Assembly (NCBI GenBank): GCA_001643675.2
Contig: LSRY02000002.1
Span: 558,001-622,000 of the forward strand
Direction: 5' to 3'
DNA from: Monocercomonoides exilis PA203
Taxonomy: Eukaryota; Protista; Preaxostyla
Length of the DNA: 64,000 nt
A program made the translations under genes and the position numbers. Shown here in pieces: positions 33,344-45,406 of this stretch. A model generated the notes under the pieces. The model was not told where the DNA came from. It was given only the letters and a program-made list of their open reading frames with translations, and did not search any database. Each line of letters opens with the position of its first letter. Positions within the stretch are counted from its first letter, which is position 1.

Positions 33344-35794
33344 TCACAATTCTGCGTCTGGATGAATTGTATCGTCGAGGAGATGATTGTGATCCCCTTC
33401 TCTCTGCTCTTCGCCTCCAAAATCATCTCGATCTTTCATTTCCCCGTCTTGGCCCATGTCTCCTTCTGCTCCATCCATCATTGGCTCCTCTGGAATTGGA
33501 ATGATCTCTTCAATGTGCTCTTTTGCCCCAGCCGCATTGAATTCACGCTGATCGTAGTTGTAGAAACGGATGCAATTTGTCATCATTCCCACAATTGTGT
33601 CTCCGGATCGGCATCGAATCTGTTTAAATGATTGAAAAAATGGTTAAAAAAAGTAAAAAATAGATGTGAGCATTCATCAAGTCGCACGATTGTAAAAGCA
33701 TTATCATTGAGCAATATCATAAAAATCTTTTGTTTAAAAAAGGATAAGTTGAATACCAAATCATTTGCAGTTATTTTACCAGGTTCTGCTGGTCTTGCAA
33801 GATCAAACACCTCGTCCTTGATATCTTCTGGGATGTATGTCAGCCCCACTCCGCATTCAGGCAGCTGATTAACCATGTCCTTTGAATGTTAGCAAATGAA
33901 GATTTGCAATAATTAGTATGATGCAATAAGTGGAAAATATATATATTATGTTTTTGGAAATAATCAATCCCAAAACGAATGTTTTGTTGATAAATGTTTT
34001 GAAACAATTAAAGATAAGCACACCCTTACGAAATACATCACTTCATAAGCTGTTAAATAACCACGTTTTTGAAAGTCAAACAATTTGAAGTATAATCGAA
34101 GAGCCTATCAATAAGTAAATAATAATAAGAATAATTCAAGTTGTAATAGATGGATTCAAATAGTGAATTGCAAGGCACAATTACCAAAATTACCACAATT
34201 AATGAAAATCAATAGAATTTGCACACCTCAGGAGTAGATTTGTACCGAATCATCAAGATGAAAGTAAGATAACTCTTAAAATCTAATTTTCCTTGAAAAG
34301 TGTGAAACTCTTGGAAAACTCGGCTTATAAATACAGGAGCATAAGAGTTTCTCGCGTATCTTTTTAATTCATCCAAGCTTAGCAATCCGTCTCCATCAAT
34401 GTCAAGATTCAAATAATTCTCTGTTTTGCGTAATAAAGCAACAAATCAATAATCAGAATATAATGTACAATAAAAGAGGAAGGAAGAAAGAAAGAAAAGA
34501 AGTGTATCATAAAGGTATAGATTAATAATGATGTATTATTATGTTGATGAGAATTAAATGAATATAATGCAAATTTAGAAATGATAGAATTGCTTCAAAG
34601 CACACCATAAATTCGATGGAAATTAACTGGTGAGAACCAATTTGTAACAAGATCCTCTTCGCTGATTTCAGCTTCTTGCATAGACAACATTTCCGATAAT
34701 ATTGGAGATGCCAAAATTGAACTAATAGAAATTTGTTCTGTTTTTGAAACATGAAACGATACAAAAGCATTTTTGTGAGTGTTTTAAAGAATAGTAATAA
34801 TTAATAAATATAAATAAATTTGAATGTTACATTCAATTTCACTCTTCTGTTCTTTCTTTTTGAAATTTTTTTGCATACGAGTTCTCATTGGATCCAAAAA
34901 GAAAAAGAATTTGCGCGTGCCAAGAACACTGTAATACTGAATAACAGATTCATCCACTCGTTGTAATTGTGGAAATGATTTAGCCATTTCTGTAATGTAT
35001 TCGTCCATGTTCTAAATTAATAAAAATTGCATGTATTATTGAGAATATTTGATTTATTATTTATCAAATTTCACAAACTGTCTCAGTTAGTACGCCTGTT
35101 CCTGTAGTATCAAAAACGCTAATCGTAATTTTAGCTCTGAAAAAAGAAGCTAAAAAAAAAAAAAACATCAATTGGACAGTTCTTTTAAAATTGTTAAAGA
35201 CAACACACTTTTCCGAACGCAAAATTGAAAAAATGTGAGAATGCTGATTCTTCCGTATTCATCTTTCTCGAGTTTTAAAAACAATGACGGTGTAAAATAA
35301 GTTTGAATTTTTGGAGGCATTCGATTTCTAACTTCTAAATACTCGTCATAATTAATCTTTTAAAAAAAATATTATTTGAATAGAATAAATAAAAATATTC
35401 AAACTCTTCCATTTGATTCTTCGTTTTTTCCTGCTTGCTCAATTAGTGAGGTCCATAATTCAGCAAGTTCAGTTGTTGTCAAAATCGTTTTTAACTTTGC
35501 ATTTAAAAAATTTGCTTTTGCCTAATTTTAAAAATAAAACAGCCAAAACAAAAAAAATAATCAAAACTTATGGAAGGCTAAATTGCAAAATACCTCTTGT
35601 TTCACTTCTTCCTCGAGTTTCGTTCTTGTTTCTTGTTTAACTTTCAATCGAGGAATATAACGAAAAGATTTATGTACTTCTTTCTTTGATTGCTTTCGTG
35701 TGAATAAGTTGTCTAGAAGTAATCCACAATCAACTTTCTTTTTTGTTTGTTGCGATTCAAAAGTTGATTGAGCTTCATTCTGTAATAAAGACAT
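33344..35794 (-). CDS. PPP2R3C: PP2A regulatory subunit B'' gamma (EF-hand; TON2/FASS/RSA-1 family), multi-exon
   Basis: Motifs KDEYGRISI, RKFFFFLDPMRT, TNWFSP, YLNLDIDGDGLLSLDEL, EDIKDEVFDLARP, FYNYDQRE. Confidence 0.92.
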
Positions 35795-35906
35795 TTAATT
35801 TTTAATTAATGATCAAAATGTTTACATAATATTGTTTGAAATTCTACGAAATTTGCATTTCTCTTTATTTTTTTCTATATATTGTGGAATTTAAATTGTT
35901 ACTTCC

Positions 35907-37001
35907 ATGATTGAATCTTTACATAATCATACAACAACTAGCGATGGAGTATTGACTCACATGCAATTTCTTGAAGCTGCACAAAAAAATGGTTTTTCTG
36001 TTGTTGGCTTTACTGATCACGATTCTCTTCCGTCTACGGATATCGTTTCTGAATTAAATACGGAATATTGGAAAAAGGATTTTCCAGTGAAATATGTGTG
36101 GGGTATTGAAATAACTGCTCGTCCACCGATTGAATTGGGAATAACTCCGTCAAATTTTCACATTGTTGGTTTATTTGTTGATCCTCTCGATGAACAGCTT
36201 CAACAATATTGTAAAGTTGCAAAAGAGCGCCGTATTCAACGAATGCAGTTTTTGGTAAAAAAACTTGTCAGCTTTGGTTTCAATATAACTGAAGAAGATT
36301 GTTTAAAAGCAAGCGGAGGGGGAAATGTTGGACGTCCACATACAATAAAAGCATTAAAAATGCATCCAGAAAATGAAGAGGTTATGAAGCAAATTGTTAA
36401 GAGATTTGAAAAGGAGCGAGAAACAGATGAGTCATTGAGAGAAAGATTTCCTGACATAGATGCCAAATCTCTTTGGGACAAAGCATATCCGCTTTTTCTT
36501 TCAAGAGATGGATGGACAAAAGGAATGGCATCTGATATACCAATTACAGATCTTAGAGAATGTTGTAAAGTCATTCACGATGCTGGAGGAATTGCTTTGT
36601 TGGGACATTATTTTTCCATCTCCAAAAGCGTGAGTCTTGAAATGATTGAACAATGGCTAAAAGAAGGTTTATTGGATGGCGCAGAAACAATTTATGATTT
36701 GGGGTATCCTCCTTCGCAAATTCCAGATACTTCTTCTTCTTCTTCTTCTTCAACAAAAGAACTTCCAGAATATGAAGAAGTTGTTAAAAAAAGGATCTTT
36801 GAACGAGACCAGTTAAAAAGTCTTTGTCAGAGATTAAATAAGTTGTGGTGGGTTGGAGGTGGAGACATACACACTCTGGAAGGAATGAGTGCATATGTGA
36901 ATTCACCACTTGCGAAGCAAACAATCGGAATGACAGATACTCTATTAAAAGAACTTCATAGTTTGGTTGATGTTAGCAAAACAACATCTTTCATTACTTG
37001 A
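35907..37001 (+). CDS. PHP-domain metal-dependent phosphoesterase (TrpH/YciV-like), intronless
   Basis: Motifs LHNHTTTSDG, FTDHD, GIEIT, HIVGL, VGRPH, IHDAGGIALLGH, GGGDIH. Confidence 0.9.
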   Translation: MIESLHNHTTTSDGVLTHMQFLEAAQKNGFSVVGFTDHDSLPSTDIVSELNTEYWKKDFPVKYVWGIEITARPPIELGITPSNFHIVGLFVDPLDEQLQQYCKVAKERRIQRMQFLVKKLVSFGFNITEEDCLKASGGGNVGRPHTIKALKMHPENEEVMKQIVKRFEKERETDESLRERFPDIDAKSLWDKAYPLFLSRDGWTKGMASDIPITDLRECCKVIHDAGGIALLGHYFSISKSVSLEMIEQWLKEGLLDGAETIYDLGYPPSQIPDTSSSSSSSTKELPEYEEVVKKRIFERDQLKSLCQRLNKLWWVGGGDIHTLEGMSAYVNSPLAKQTIGMTDTLLKELHSLVDVSKTTSFIT

Positions 37002-37964
37002 TGAAGACATCTTTTGCTAACTTATAAAAAATATGTAGACAATCATAATTTTTCATTGAGATACATATTACAAATAGAGTTAACAATTTATTGAGAATCT
37101 TTTTCCAATGTGCAGCTTTTGCAACATTTATTGAAAATTGTATAGCAATGTAAAAAATATGCACTGTCTAGAAATGTTGGCACTTTTCGTTGTTTTGATC
37201 GCTTTTTTATCATTTGTTGTTTCTCGTTTTCATAATATTATTTTTTATTTCATTTTTTCCATTTATTTTGATGCTTTTCGGAAATTACTGCACAAATTTA
37301 ATAAAACTCTTCCTTTTCAAGCAGTACAATATTTTTTCAAAAGAAATTCATTCGTTTTTCACATTTATACAAGTACAATTGAAATTTTTCATCTGGTTAA
37401 AAAGTAAATTAATTTTTTGAAGAAATTATGTATTAAAAATGTTTTTGAAAAGGATTTTTGAAGCAATCGTGTTGGATATTTTTAAAAGAGTATAAATAAA
37501 TTTTAAAAAAGATAAAGGATTGTAAATGAAAAACGAAAACAAAGAAATAAATAGACAATTATGAAAGCGCGCCTCAAATTGGTTTTCACTCAAAAAAAAA
37601 TCAATTCTTTTCTGAATTGAAAATAAATCCTATTGTTTCTCAAAAAAGACAAAACATTATGATTATTATTAAGCAGCTAAACAGGAACTTAAAATAAAAC
37701 GAAAAAAAGATAATGGATAGTTATTTTAACAAGCATTTGTAATATGAATTATAAAAGAAACGAAATAACTCTTTGAAAAGAGAAGAGGAGTACAAAATAT
37801 TCAATTTCTACATACACAAATCTCTATAAAAAGCAAAAGAAATAAGAAAAAGAAAAAGAAAAAGAAAAAGAAAATAAATTCTCGTTACTAAAATACTTTA
37901 ACTCAAATAAATTGATTATTAATTTTAAATATATCTTTGAAATAAACAGAAATGCAAGTGCTCT

Positions 37965-40900
37965 TCAAGTAAGATATTCTGTAAGGTTCTCTTCCATCAT
38001 ACTCTTCATTTCTTCTATGTACTCTTGATTAGGTTTTGTTCTCTTTCTCTTTTTGAGTGAATCATTGAAAACTGTTGAAAGGTTCTTCTGAACTTTCCTT
38101 CCACATGGCCAATTGATATTCAAAATACTCTCAAATATTGATAAAACATTGCCAAAATATCCCAAATACACAAAAGTTCCGCCAAGCGACGTTAAAAGCA
38201 TTGTCCAAGTAACCTTCATTGAATGACGCGTAAGTGCAACTGTTTTATCCAGCTTTAATTGTATGTTAATTCCTAATCCCACAGAATAAGATATCTGCAT
38301 GTTATCAGCAAGAGAGCCAACATCGTAAGAAATGTAGTTTACAAGATGACCCTTTGAAACGGAAGGAACAGAACTTATCTCATTTCGATAAATTGTAGGG
38401 ATTAATTCAATCGTTATGTTTGTTGGGCTCAACCCACTAAATGCGTGATCTGTGTCACTCACAAACACATATTCAGTGGAAGAGGATGTCGTGCCTGGGC
38501 CAAACTTCAACTCGTGTTGCACAGGCACGGCCGAATCAACGGACGCAAATACTTTCAAGGCTCTGCATGAATCTCTTCTGTCTTGTGACCTCATCGAAAA
38601 AAACTGAACATAAGAATTCTTAATGGGGAATTCCAAATTATTAGCTTCGAGGATGATCTTGCAATGATGGGTAGGTAAAAAATAACGATTTGTCGAGGGA
38701 CTTTGTGAGCAAATTGGATTCATTGAATGCTTGTTAGTGGGATAAACACCTAAGCAATGATACGCAAAGTATGAATGAAAATTTAAAGATACATGTGAAA
38801 ATGTATAGTTTTATGATTAAGACAAATTTTCAAAAATTCACTTTAAAATCAAAACAAACCAAATGGATCAAAAATTGTTTTCCCAATTCCCATTTTGATA
38901 GAGCAGTTCCCTGTTAACTCGCTAGTCGTATTCTCTGGAGGTCCAACACATATCCCAGAATAATCCATCAAAGATAGCTCGATCAATATTTTTCTATTTT
39001 TAAAGGTTGTCAAATTGGCTTCTTTCTCCATTGACGCATCGACTATTGCTTTAACTTCATTTGTATTCAAAAATGCAAAGGTTAGCACAACAAGCAGAGC
39101 AGCACCACACACGAAAAATAGTGCAATTACTGAAATAAATCCCCCTAATGTTGTTTTTTTAATTTGCTTGACCGAAGCGTGTGTAACCGGATCAAGTGAA
39201 TCAGAATATTTATCAGAAAATCTGTCTAATTTATACACATGGGATCTTGTTGGTAAACAAAGAAGAAATAGTGCAACAGCAAAACCAATAATTGCAAAAC
39301 CAACATACAGCCCAATCATAAGATAATTTTCTATTCGAACAGGTGTGCGAAATGGCATAGGTTGCGAAATTTTCATTGGATCTGCTGTTGGAATCGTATT
39401 ATTAGATGTGGCCGAACCAATTGGGCAATACTGCTCTTTTGTGCACAAATGAAAATCATTATCAATTGCTCCATCAGAGTCAATATATGCCCCTCCAAAA
39501 ATACATTCGCATGCATGTTCCATTCCTCCTATACTATTCCCTCTTGTTCCCTTCGGGCATTTAATGCATTCCTTGACGCCATATTCATTTGAATATGAAC
39601 CCTTTGGGCAATCAATACATTCCCTATTATCGTTCTCATATGAACCTGGAGAACAAGGAAAAATGTCTTCATGAAGGTTTATTATACGAAATGTATCCAA
39701 CGCTGAAGGCAACACTGTTCTTCCTTTGTTTATTTGTCTTCCTCCAAAGCATACGATGCTTCGATGATATACAGTGCATCCTGCCTCAACCAAATTGATA
39801 TGCATTTCATTTGTCAGCCCTGTTCCATCATCTTCTATGACAGTTGCACCACCTGATTGATCAAATTTTATAATCTTTACAGAGTCCTGTGAATAAGTCC
39901 TCTTTCTCCCTCCAATCATCAGCACTCTGTCATCGAGCGCTAATGCAACGCCATCTGCATGCTTATATATTTGCAAATAGTCTTCAGATTGACTAAGTTG
40001 TAGATTTCTCCAAGTAGCATTAAATTTTAAAAAATCATACATGTTACAATTCTTTTGAGTGTTATCAAGATATTCATTGATTTCTCCAGAATCGTTCAAT
40101 GGTTGGACTAAATCCTTTAATTCATATCCGATTATTGGAGTTTCCCCGTCGACTCCACCTGTAATAATCATTGTTGGATGTAAAGTTTCGTTGGTGTTTA
40201 TTGATTCATTGATGATATTAAAATGTTGGCTTTTTTCACAAGAGAAAGAATCTTTAAAAAAAGCATGATTTTTTGTTCCATAATTTTTCGTTGTATTGTG
40301 TGAATTAAATCGGCAATGAGCAAGCGCTTCATTTCCATCTTTTGAAATGTTCAAAGGATTTACGTTTTGTATGAGCATATTCATAACAAGTATTACGCTG
40401 TCATATGTTCTATTTGTATTATACAATTGCTCCCATCGATCCAATGCAAAGTTAAATGCAAATCCTATTCCACATATTGATCCATCGATTCTTTGACCTC
40501 CAACAACATATAAATAATTCATGTAAATTGCGCTTGATGCTCCATACACAGGTTCAGGTATTATATGAGAGCTTCTACCCAATTGTCTCCACTTTTCAGA
40601 AGAAAAGCTAAACTCCCACAATTCATTTGATGGCTCGTTTATTCCTGTTAGAGGATTTGGCCCCAAACCTCCGAATAGCAGCAATCTACCATTATCTTCA
40701 CAGCACGAAGCAAACTCTCTCGCTGGAGGAATCTCTGAACTAACTCTTGGTGAAATTTTACGCCATGACATGCTTCTTAAATCAAAAATGAAAAAATCTC
40801 CAAGAATTTCGCCCGTTCTGATATCACGGCCACCGTACACTAAAAATGTCCTGTCATAAAAACTGACAATAGGATTCACTCTTGGAGAAGGAGCAAAATT

Positions 40901-42259
40901 ACTTGTACTAATCAATGTCTGAAAGGGGCTTTTATCATTTATCGCAGATGAAACGGGGTCGAATATTGGTGTAAAATTAGTTTTATTCAATTTAGTTTCC
41001 ATCCAAGTATTTTCAAGAGCGGCAGAATAAGGATTTGAAGATTTATCAGCATTTGAATCCTTCAAATCACCAAATATTGCAGCAAAACTTTCATAATTAC
41101 AGATTTTCTTTCTAAATTTCTTTCTTTGCTCGTTTTGACTTTGTGAATATATATTAACTTCTGTTTGATCAAAAGACAAATCTTCTTTCATTACAGCTAC
41201 TAAATTTGAATTAACGTTATTGTCGTTTCTTCCTCCAAAAATGAAAAGATTTCCTTCTTCGTCCGTTGTGCATCTGCAATCGCAAGTCTGTAACCAATAA
41301 TTTTCTTTAAATGCAATTTCTTTGTAGCGTGCTGTTTTCTGAAATTTTTCATCACTAACAACTTCACCACAGTCAAGAATAAGTAATGAAGGTGATAATT
41401 CAAATACATTATTGGCTCGATGACCGCTAAAAATATATGAGTATGCTTTGTTCGAACTGATAAATGTGGCATGTCCAAAATTTGTACGAGAGTCTGGAAT
41501 GTTACTTTCATTTCCATTTATATCTGTTAATTTCACCGCTTCCCATGATTGAGGAGAAAATGCATCGATCTTCACTCTGAATATTTTCAGTTTTGAAACA
41601 ATATCCTCACCTGTATCTCCACCATAAACGACAGCATATCCATTTGAAACAAGCATTCCTGCTCCGCTGCATGGTTCAGGATCATTCCCTCTCTGATCAA
41701 TCTTCAATTCAATCCACTGTTTTGTTTGAAGATCAAACTTCCATATATCGTTTAGAAGCCCAGTTGCGCTAGCTCCTCCAAAAATGTACAGATTGCTTCC
41801 GCAAACAGCATATGCCATTGAATATCTTGCTTCAGGAATAATTTCACCTTCATCTACTTCTTTCCAAATGCATGTTGAAAAGTCAAATGACCATAATGAA
41901 TTTGAAATTCCTGTGTTTTGCCATCCACCCCAAATGTAAAAAGTTTCTGCAACTCTGAACTGAGCGCAAAACTTCACCAATGGTTTTTTGCTTTCATTTG
42001 GATTTTGAAGTTGTGCAATGAATAATGGATCCATTTTAATTATATATGCATCAGATATTATAATATTATGCAATGTAATTCCTCCATACACAAATAAGCT
42101 TGGAACACCATCATTCACGAAATATTGAAAAAATGGTGAATATCTTGGATTAATTTGCGAACCATATGGTGGAAATGTAGTTATTGATTTCACTATTTGT
42201 TTTTTAAAAAAGCAATGAAAGGAACCAATGAATGACAATGATAGATAAAACAAAAACAT
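37965..42259 (-). CDS. Kelch-repeat membrane protein: signal peptide, kelch propellers, Cys-rich repeat, three TM helices; intron 38750-38859
   Basis: Repeated (Y/F)GG...W kelch blades, CSPGSY..CIDCPKGSYS..CIKCPKG, and hydrophobic helices. The two ORFs join in frame through a GT-AG intron. Confidence 0.85.
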
Positions 42260-42870
42260 TTCAAAAAAAATAAATAATATATTTTGAAAATTTTATTGAG
42301 AATAATAATTATTTGTTTGAAATTCATATCATTTTTCATAACTCAATGAATGTCGAATTATCTTTTATATTTATTTTAAATCACAATTTTTCTTATCTTC
42401 TCATTTTTTTTCATTGAAATCAACAAAAAATGAAAAATGTTTCTCTCACTTTTTTAAAAAAGTTATTTAATTGCCTTCCTTCAATATCACATTTCATCAA
42501 TTTCGTGGATTTTTCATAAATTTTTATTAAACAATGGATGCACAGTGTTGTTCTATTTGAAAAGAATTTTAAGCACTGATTGGGAAAAAAAACACCAGAC
42601 AAGTTCGCATTCTCAATAACTGTGAAAGGAAAATTTTTGTTAACATTCCTCATTGAAAACCTTATCAAACCAAACACATGTAACATGTTAGAATTCCTTA
42701 TTCGCATTGACTGAATATTGTGAAAATTTATTTTAATGAAAATATGTTGTTACTTTGAATCGAAAATTTTAGGGATTTCTCTAATTATTTAAACAAATAT
42801 TCAGTCAAAAGGAATATGAAACTCTTTCATGCAAAGTGAGTTGACTAATTCAAGATTTATTTCGAGGAAA

Positions 42871-43250
42871 TACAGATATAGCACAAAATACCGGACAAGA
42901 TCGATTTCACAATAACTGTAAGAGGAATGATTCTGTAAATTTTCCTCAAAACATACCTCGTCAATACAAACTCACGTGATATATGAGACTTTCAAAACAA
43001 CTTTATTTGTGCTCAGAGAAATATATTATGAAAATCCTATTGAAACTCAAAACTCTATTTCTACGAGATTTTAATAATATATTTCTCTGAGCACAAATAA
43101 AGCTGAAGTGAAGTCTCGTTAATCAAATGAGTTTGTGTTGATGAGATATATTTTGAAGAAAATTTACAGAATCATTCCTCTTGCAGTTATTGTGAAATCG
43201 ATCTTGTCCGGTATTTTGTGCGATGTCCGGTATTTTATGCGATATCTGTG
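42871..43250. mobile_element. Palindromic Tc1/mariner-type MITE (family B)
   Basis: Termini TA-CAGATATAGCACAAAATACCGGACA ... TGTCCGGTATTTTATGCGATATCTG-TG. The arms pair over almost the whole length. The right TIR has a 19-bp tandem duplication. Confidence 0.85.
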
Positions 43251-43251
43251 A

Positions 43252-43606
43252 ATGAACACTGAAAAGTTAAACCTCCTTTTGAAAAAAATTTTTTTCATAA
43301 TTATTATCTCAAACATTGTTATTTTTAACAATAATCATGATCTTCACCAAAAAAAAAAATAATTCCTCTCCAAAGCAATTTATCCTATGAAGAATCAATA
43401 CTCTGAAAAAAGAAACGATTTGGGTAATGATTTTTAAAATAAAAACTTTTTCGGAGTGTTGGTTCATCAAAGGATTAATTGCTTTGGAGAGGAATTATTT
43501 ATTTTTTTTGTGAAGATCATGATTAATGTTAAAAATAACAATGTTTGAGATTTTAATTATGTAAAAAAATATTTTCAAAAGGGAGGTTTAACTTTTCAGT
43601 GTTCAT
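43252..43606. mobile_element. Foldback element (family C), 355-bp near-perfect palindrome
   Basis: ATGAACACTGAAAAGTTAAACCTCC ... GGAGGTTTAACTTTTCAGTGTTCAT, with arms of about 155 bp and a short spacer. Confidence 0.85.
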
Positions 43607-43613
43607 CTATCAA

Positions 43614-44023
43614 TATAGTTAGTGTTAATAATGGTGGACACTTTCAATAACTGTGGACAGTCGCATTATCTCAACAACTGTTGATAGTTGCATTTCGATA
43701 ATACACTCAACTATTCTCTCATTGAAAGCAAACTTATAAGTCATGCAAAAATGAAACAACTCACTTCCAAGAATAAAAGACTTAACATTTTCAATTCTCG
43801 GAGAAACTCGGAGAAATTTAAATCTCATTGTTTCTCCGAAAAGAAAAAATTGTTTTTGGATAATTTCGTTTAATTGGTTTGGTTACATAAACTATTCATG
43901 CTAGTTCATATTCATTGAGAGAATAGTTGGGTTTATTGATGAAATGCAACTATCAACGGTTGTTGAAATAATGCGACTGTCCACAGTTATTGAAAGTGTC
44001 CACCATTATTAACACTAACTATA
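43614..44023. mobile_element. MITE family A, younger copy, TA-flanked, Tc1/mariner-like
   Basis: 56-bp perfect inverted repeat including the TA, extending imperfectly to about 105 bp. Two GTGGACA subterminal motifs per end. Second copy at 10012-10421. Confidence 0.9.
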
Positions 44024-44366
44024 ATTCAAGTTTATATACAAACCGAAAATTTTGGGGAAAAATATCTCGATTCCAAAACAATCACCCAATTTGAGAAAAT
44101 CCACAAAAAAACATCTTGTGCAATCATTTTTGTGTAAAATCTTGAATTATTTTTCGTTATAAATTGAATTGAAACATTTCATGAACTGCAGTTCATCTTC
44201 AATATAAAAAAAAGATATTCTTTCCCACATAAAATAATAGTGAAACAAAAATATTTTTATAGAAAATGAATTGTTAAAGAAATATTTGAAAATATCTTTC
44301 TTTTTTAACTTCAACCTTTAATTTTTTGTAAGTGTTCAATATGATCCAAAAAATTGCTTTTTCCAA

Positions 44367-44448
44367 GCAAGAATGGCCGAGTGGTCCAAGGCGCTAGTTT
44401 CAGGTACTAGTCACTCCGGTGGCGTGGGTTCGAATCCCACTTCTTGCA
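44367..44448 (+). tRNA. tRNA-Leu(CAG)
   Basis: Acceptor stem GCAAGAA/TTCTTGC, A-box TGGCCGAGTGG, anticodon arm CTAGT-TTCAGGT-ACTAG, long variable arm, B-box GGTTCGAATCC, discriminator A. Confidence 0.97.
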
Positions 44449-44453
44449 GATAC

Positions 44454-44458
44454 TTTTT
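44454..44458 (+). terminator. Pol III terminator (T5)
   Basis: TTTTT 5 nt downstream of the tRNA 3' end. Confidence 0.7.
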
Positions 44459-45406
44459 GATTTCATAACTTTAAAACTTCGTTTTTTGATCTTTGCGATA
44501 AGGCAATTGGATTATTTCACAATTAAGAGAAGAGTGGAATGTGATAATTGAAATAAAATCAAAAAATTGAGTTCTTTTTTTGATTGATTGGTGAATAAAC
44601 ATTCAGTTTATTGATCTATCAAAATATTTTCTGATATTCACCAAACATTTTTATTAATATCTTAAAAGCGTAATTTCATCATCGAAAAAAAGTCAATGAT
44701 GATAAAACAGGTTTCACAATTGCATTCATTCAATTGAGTGAAATTGCAAAACAAATATATTTCTTTTCATGATTGAAAAAAAGATATATTTTATATTTCA
44801 TTTTTGAATTGATGGATGCAATCATTTGTAATATTAGATATGTTCCCTAACATTTGGTTGCTCTTGAATGCTTTTTGAAAACTATTTTAAAACAAAAAAC
44901 ATGATCAAATTATATTAATTTTTCGTACCAAATAAGGAAAAAAACCTTTCAAAAACGAAAAGAAGGAAACACATTTGATTTATCATTCTCGATGCTGTAA
45001 ACTCTTTCATGAAAAAGGTTTCATGGAAACATTATTCTCAATTTTAAAACCCTAATGTAATAATTGAATTTTTTAAAATATTTCATATGTTCAGCTTTTT
45101 GAAAGAAAACAGTTCAAAGAATAAATCTTTTTTTCCCCTTTCCTTTTTCGAAATCACAAATAAAGAAAAGAGAATATTTTCAATTATGAAAAAAAAAAAA
45201 AAATAAACGCTATTTTAAATAAATTTTTTCTGTTTATATTAAAAATAATTGAAAAGTGGATAGATATTACATGAAATAACGCAACGTGTAGTGCTATTTA
45301 AACATAATGTGTGAATTCAAACAAACAACTTAATAAAAAATAATCAATCAGTCACCATAAAAAAATGAAAAAAAAAAAAAATAAAAAACGATCTTTTAGC
45401 AACAGC

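Noticed and set aside
30302-35794. Functional basal-body cluster (delta-tubulin near PPP2R3C)
   Set aside because: Only two genes, separated by MED7; chance adjacency cannot be excluded without synteny data.
42635-42869. Further degenerate palindrome (ttgactgaatatt / aatattcagtcaa), possibly an older host element
   Set aside because: Too decayed and AT-rich to define ends by eye.
42871-44023. CRISPR array or protein-coding ORFs in the repeat cluster
   Set aside because: Repeats are inverted, not direct repeats with spacers; the short ORFs have no transposase motifs.
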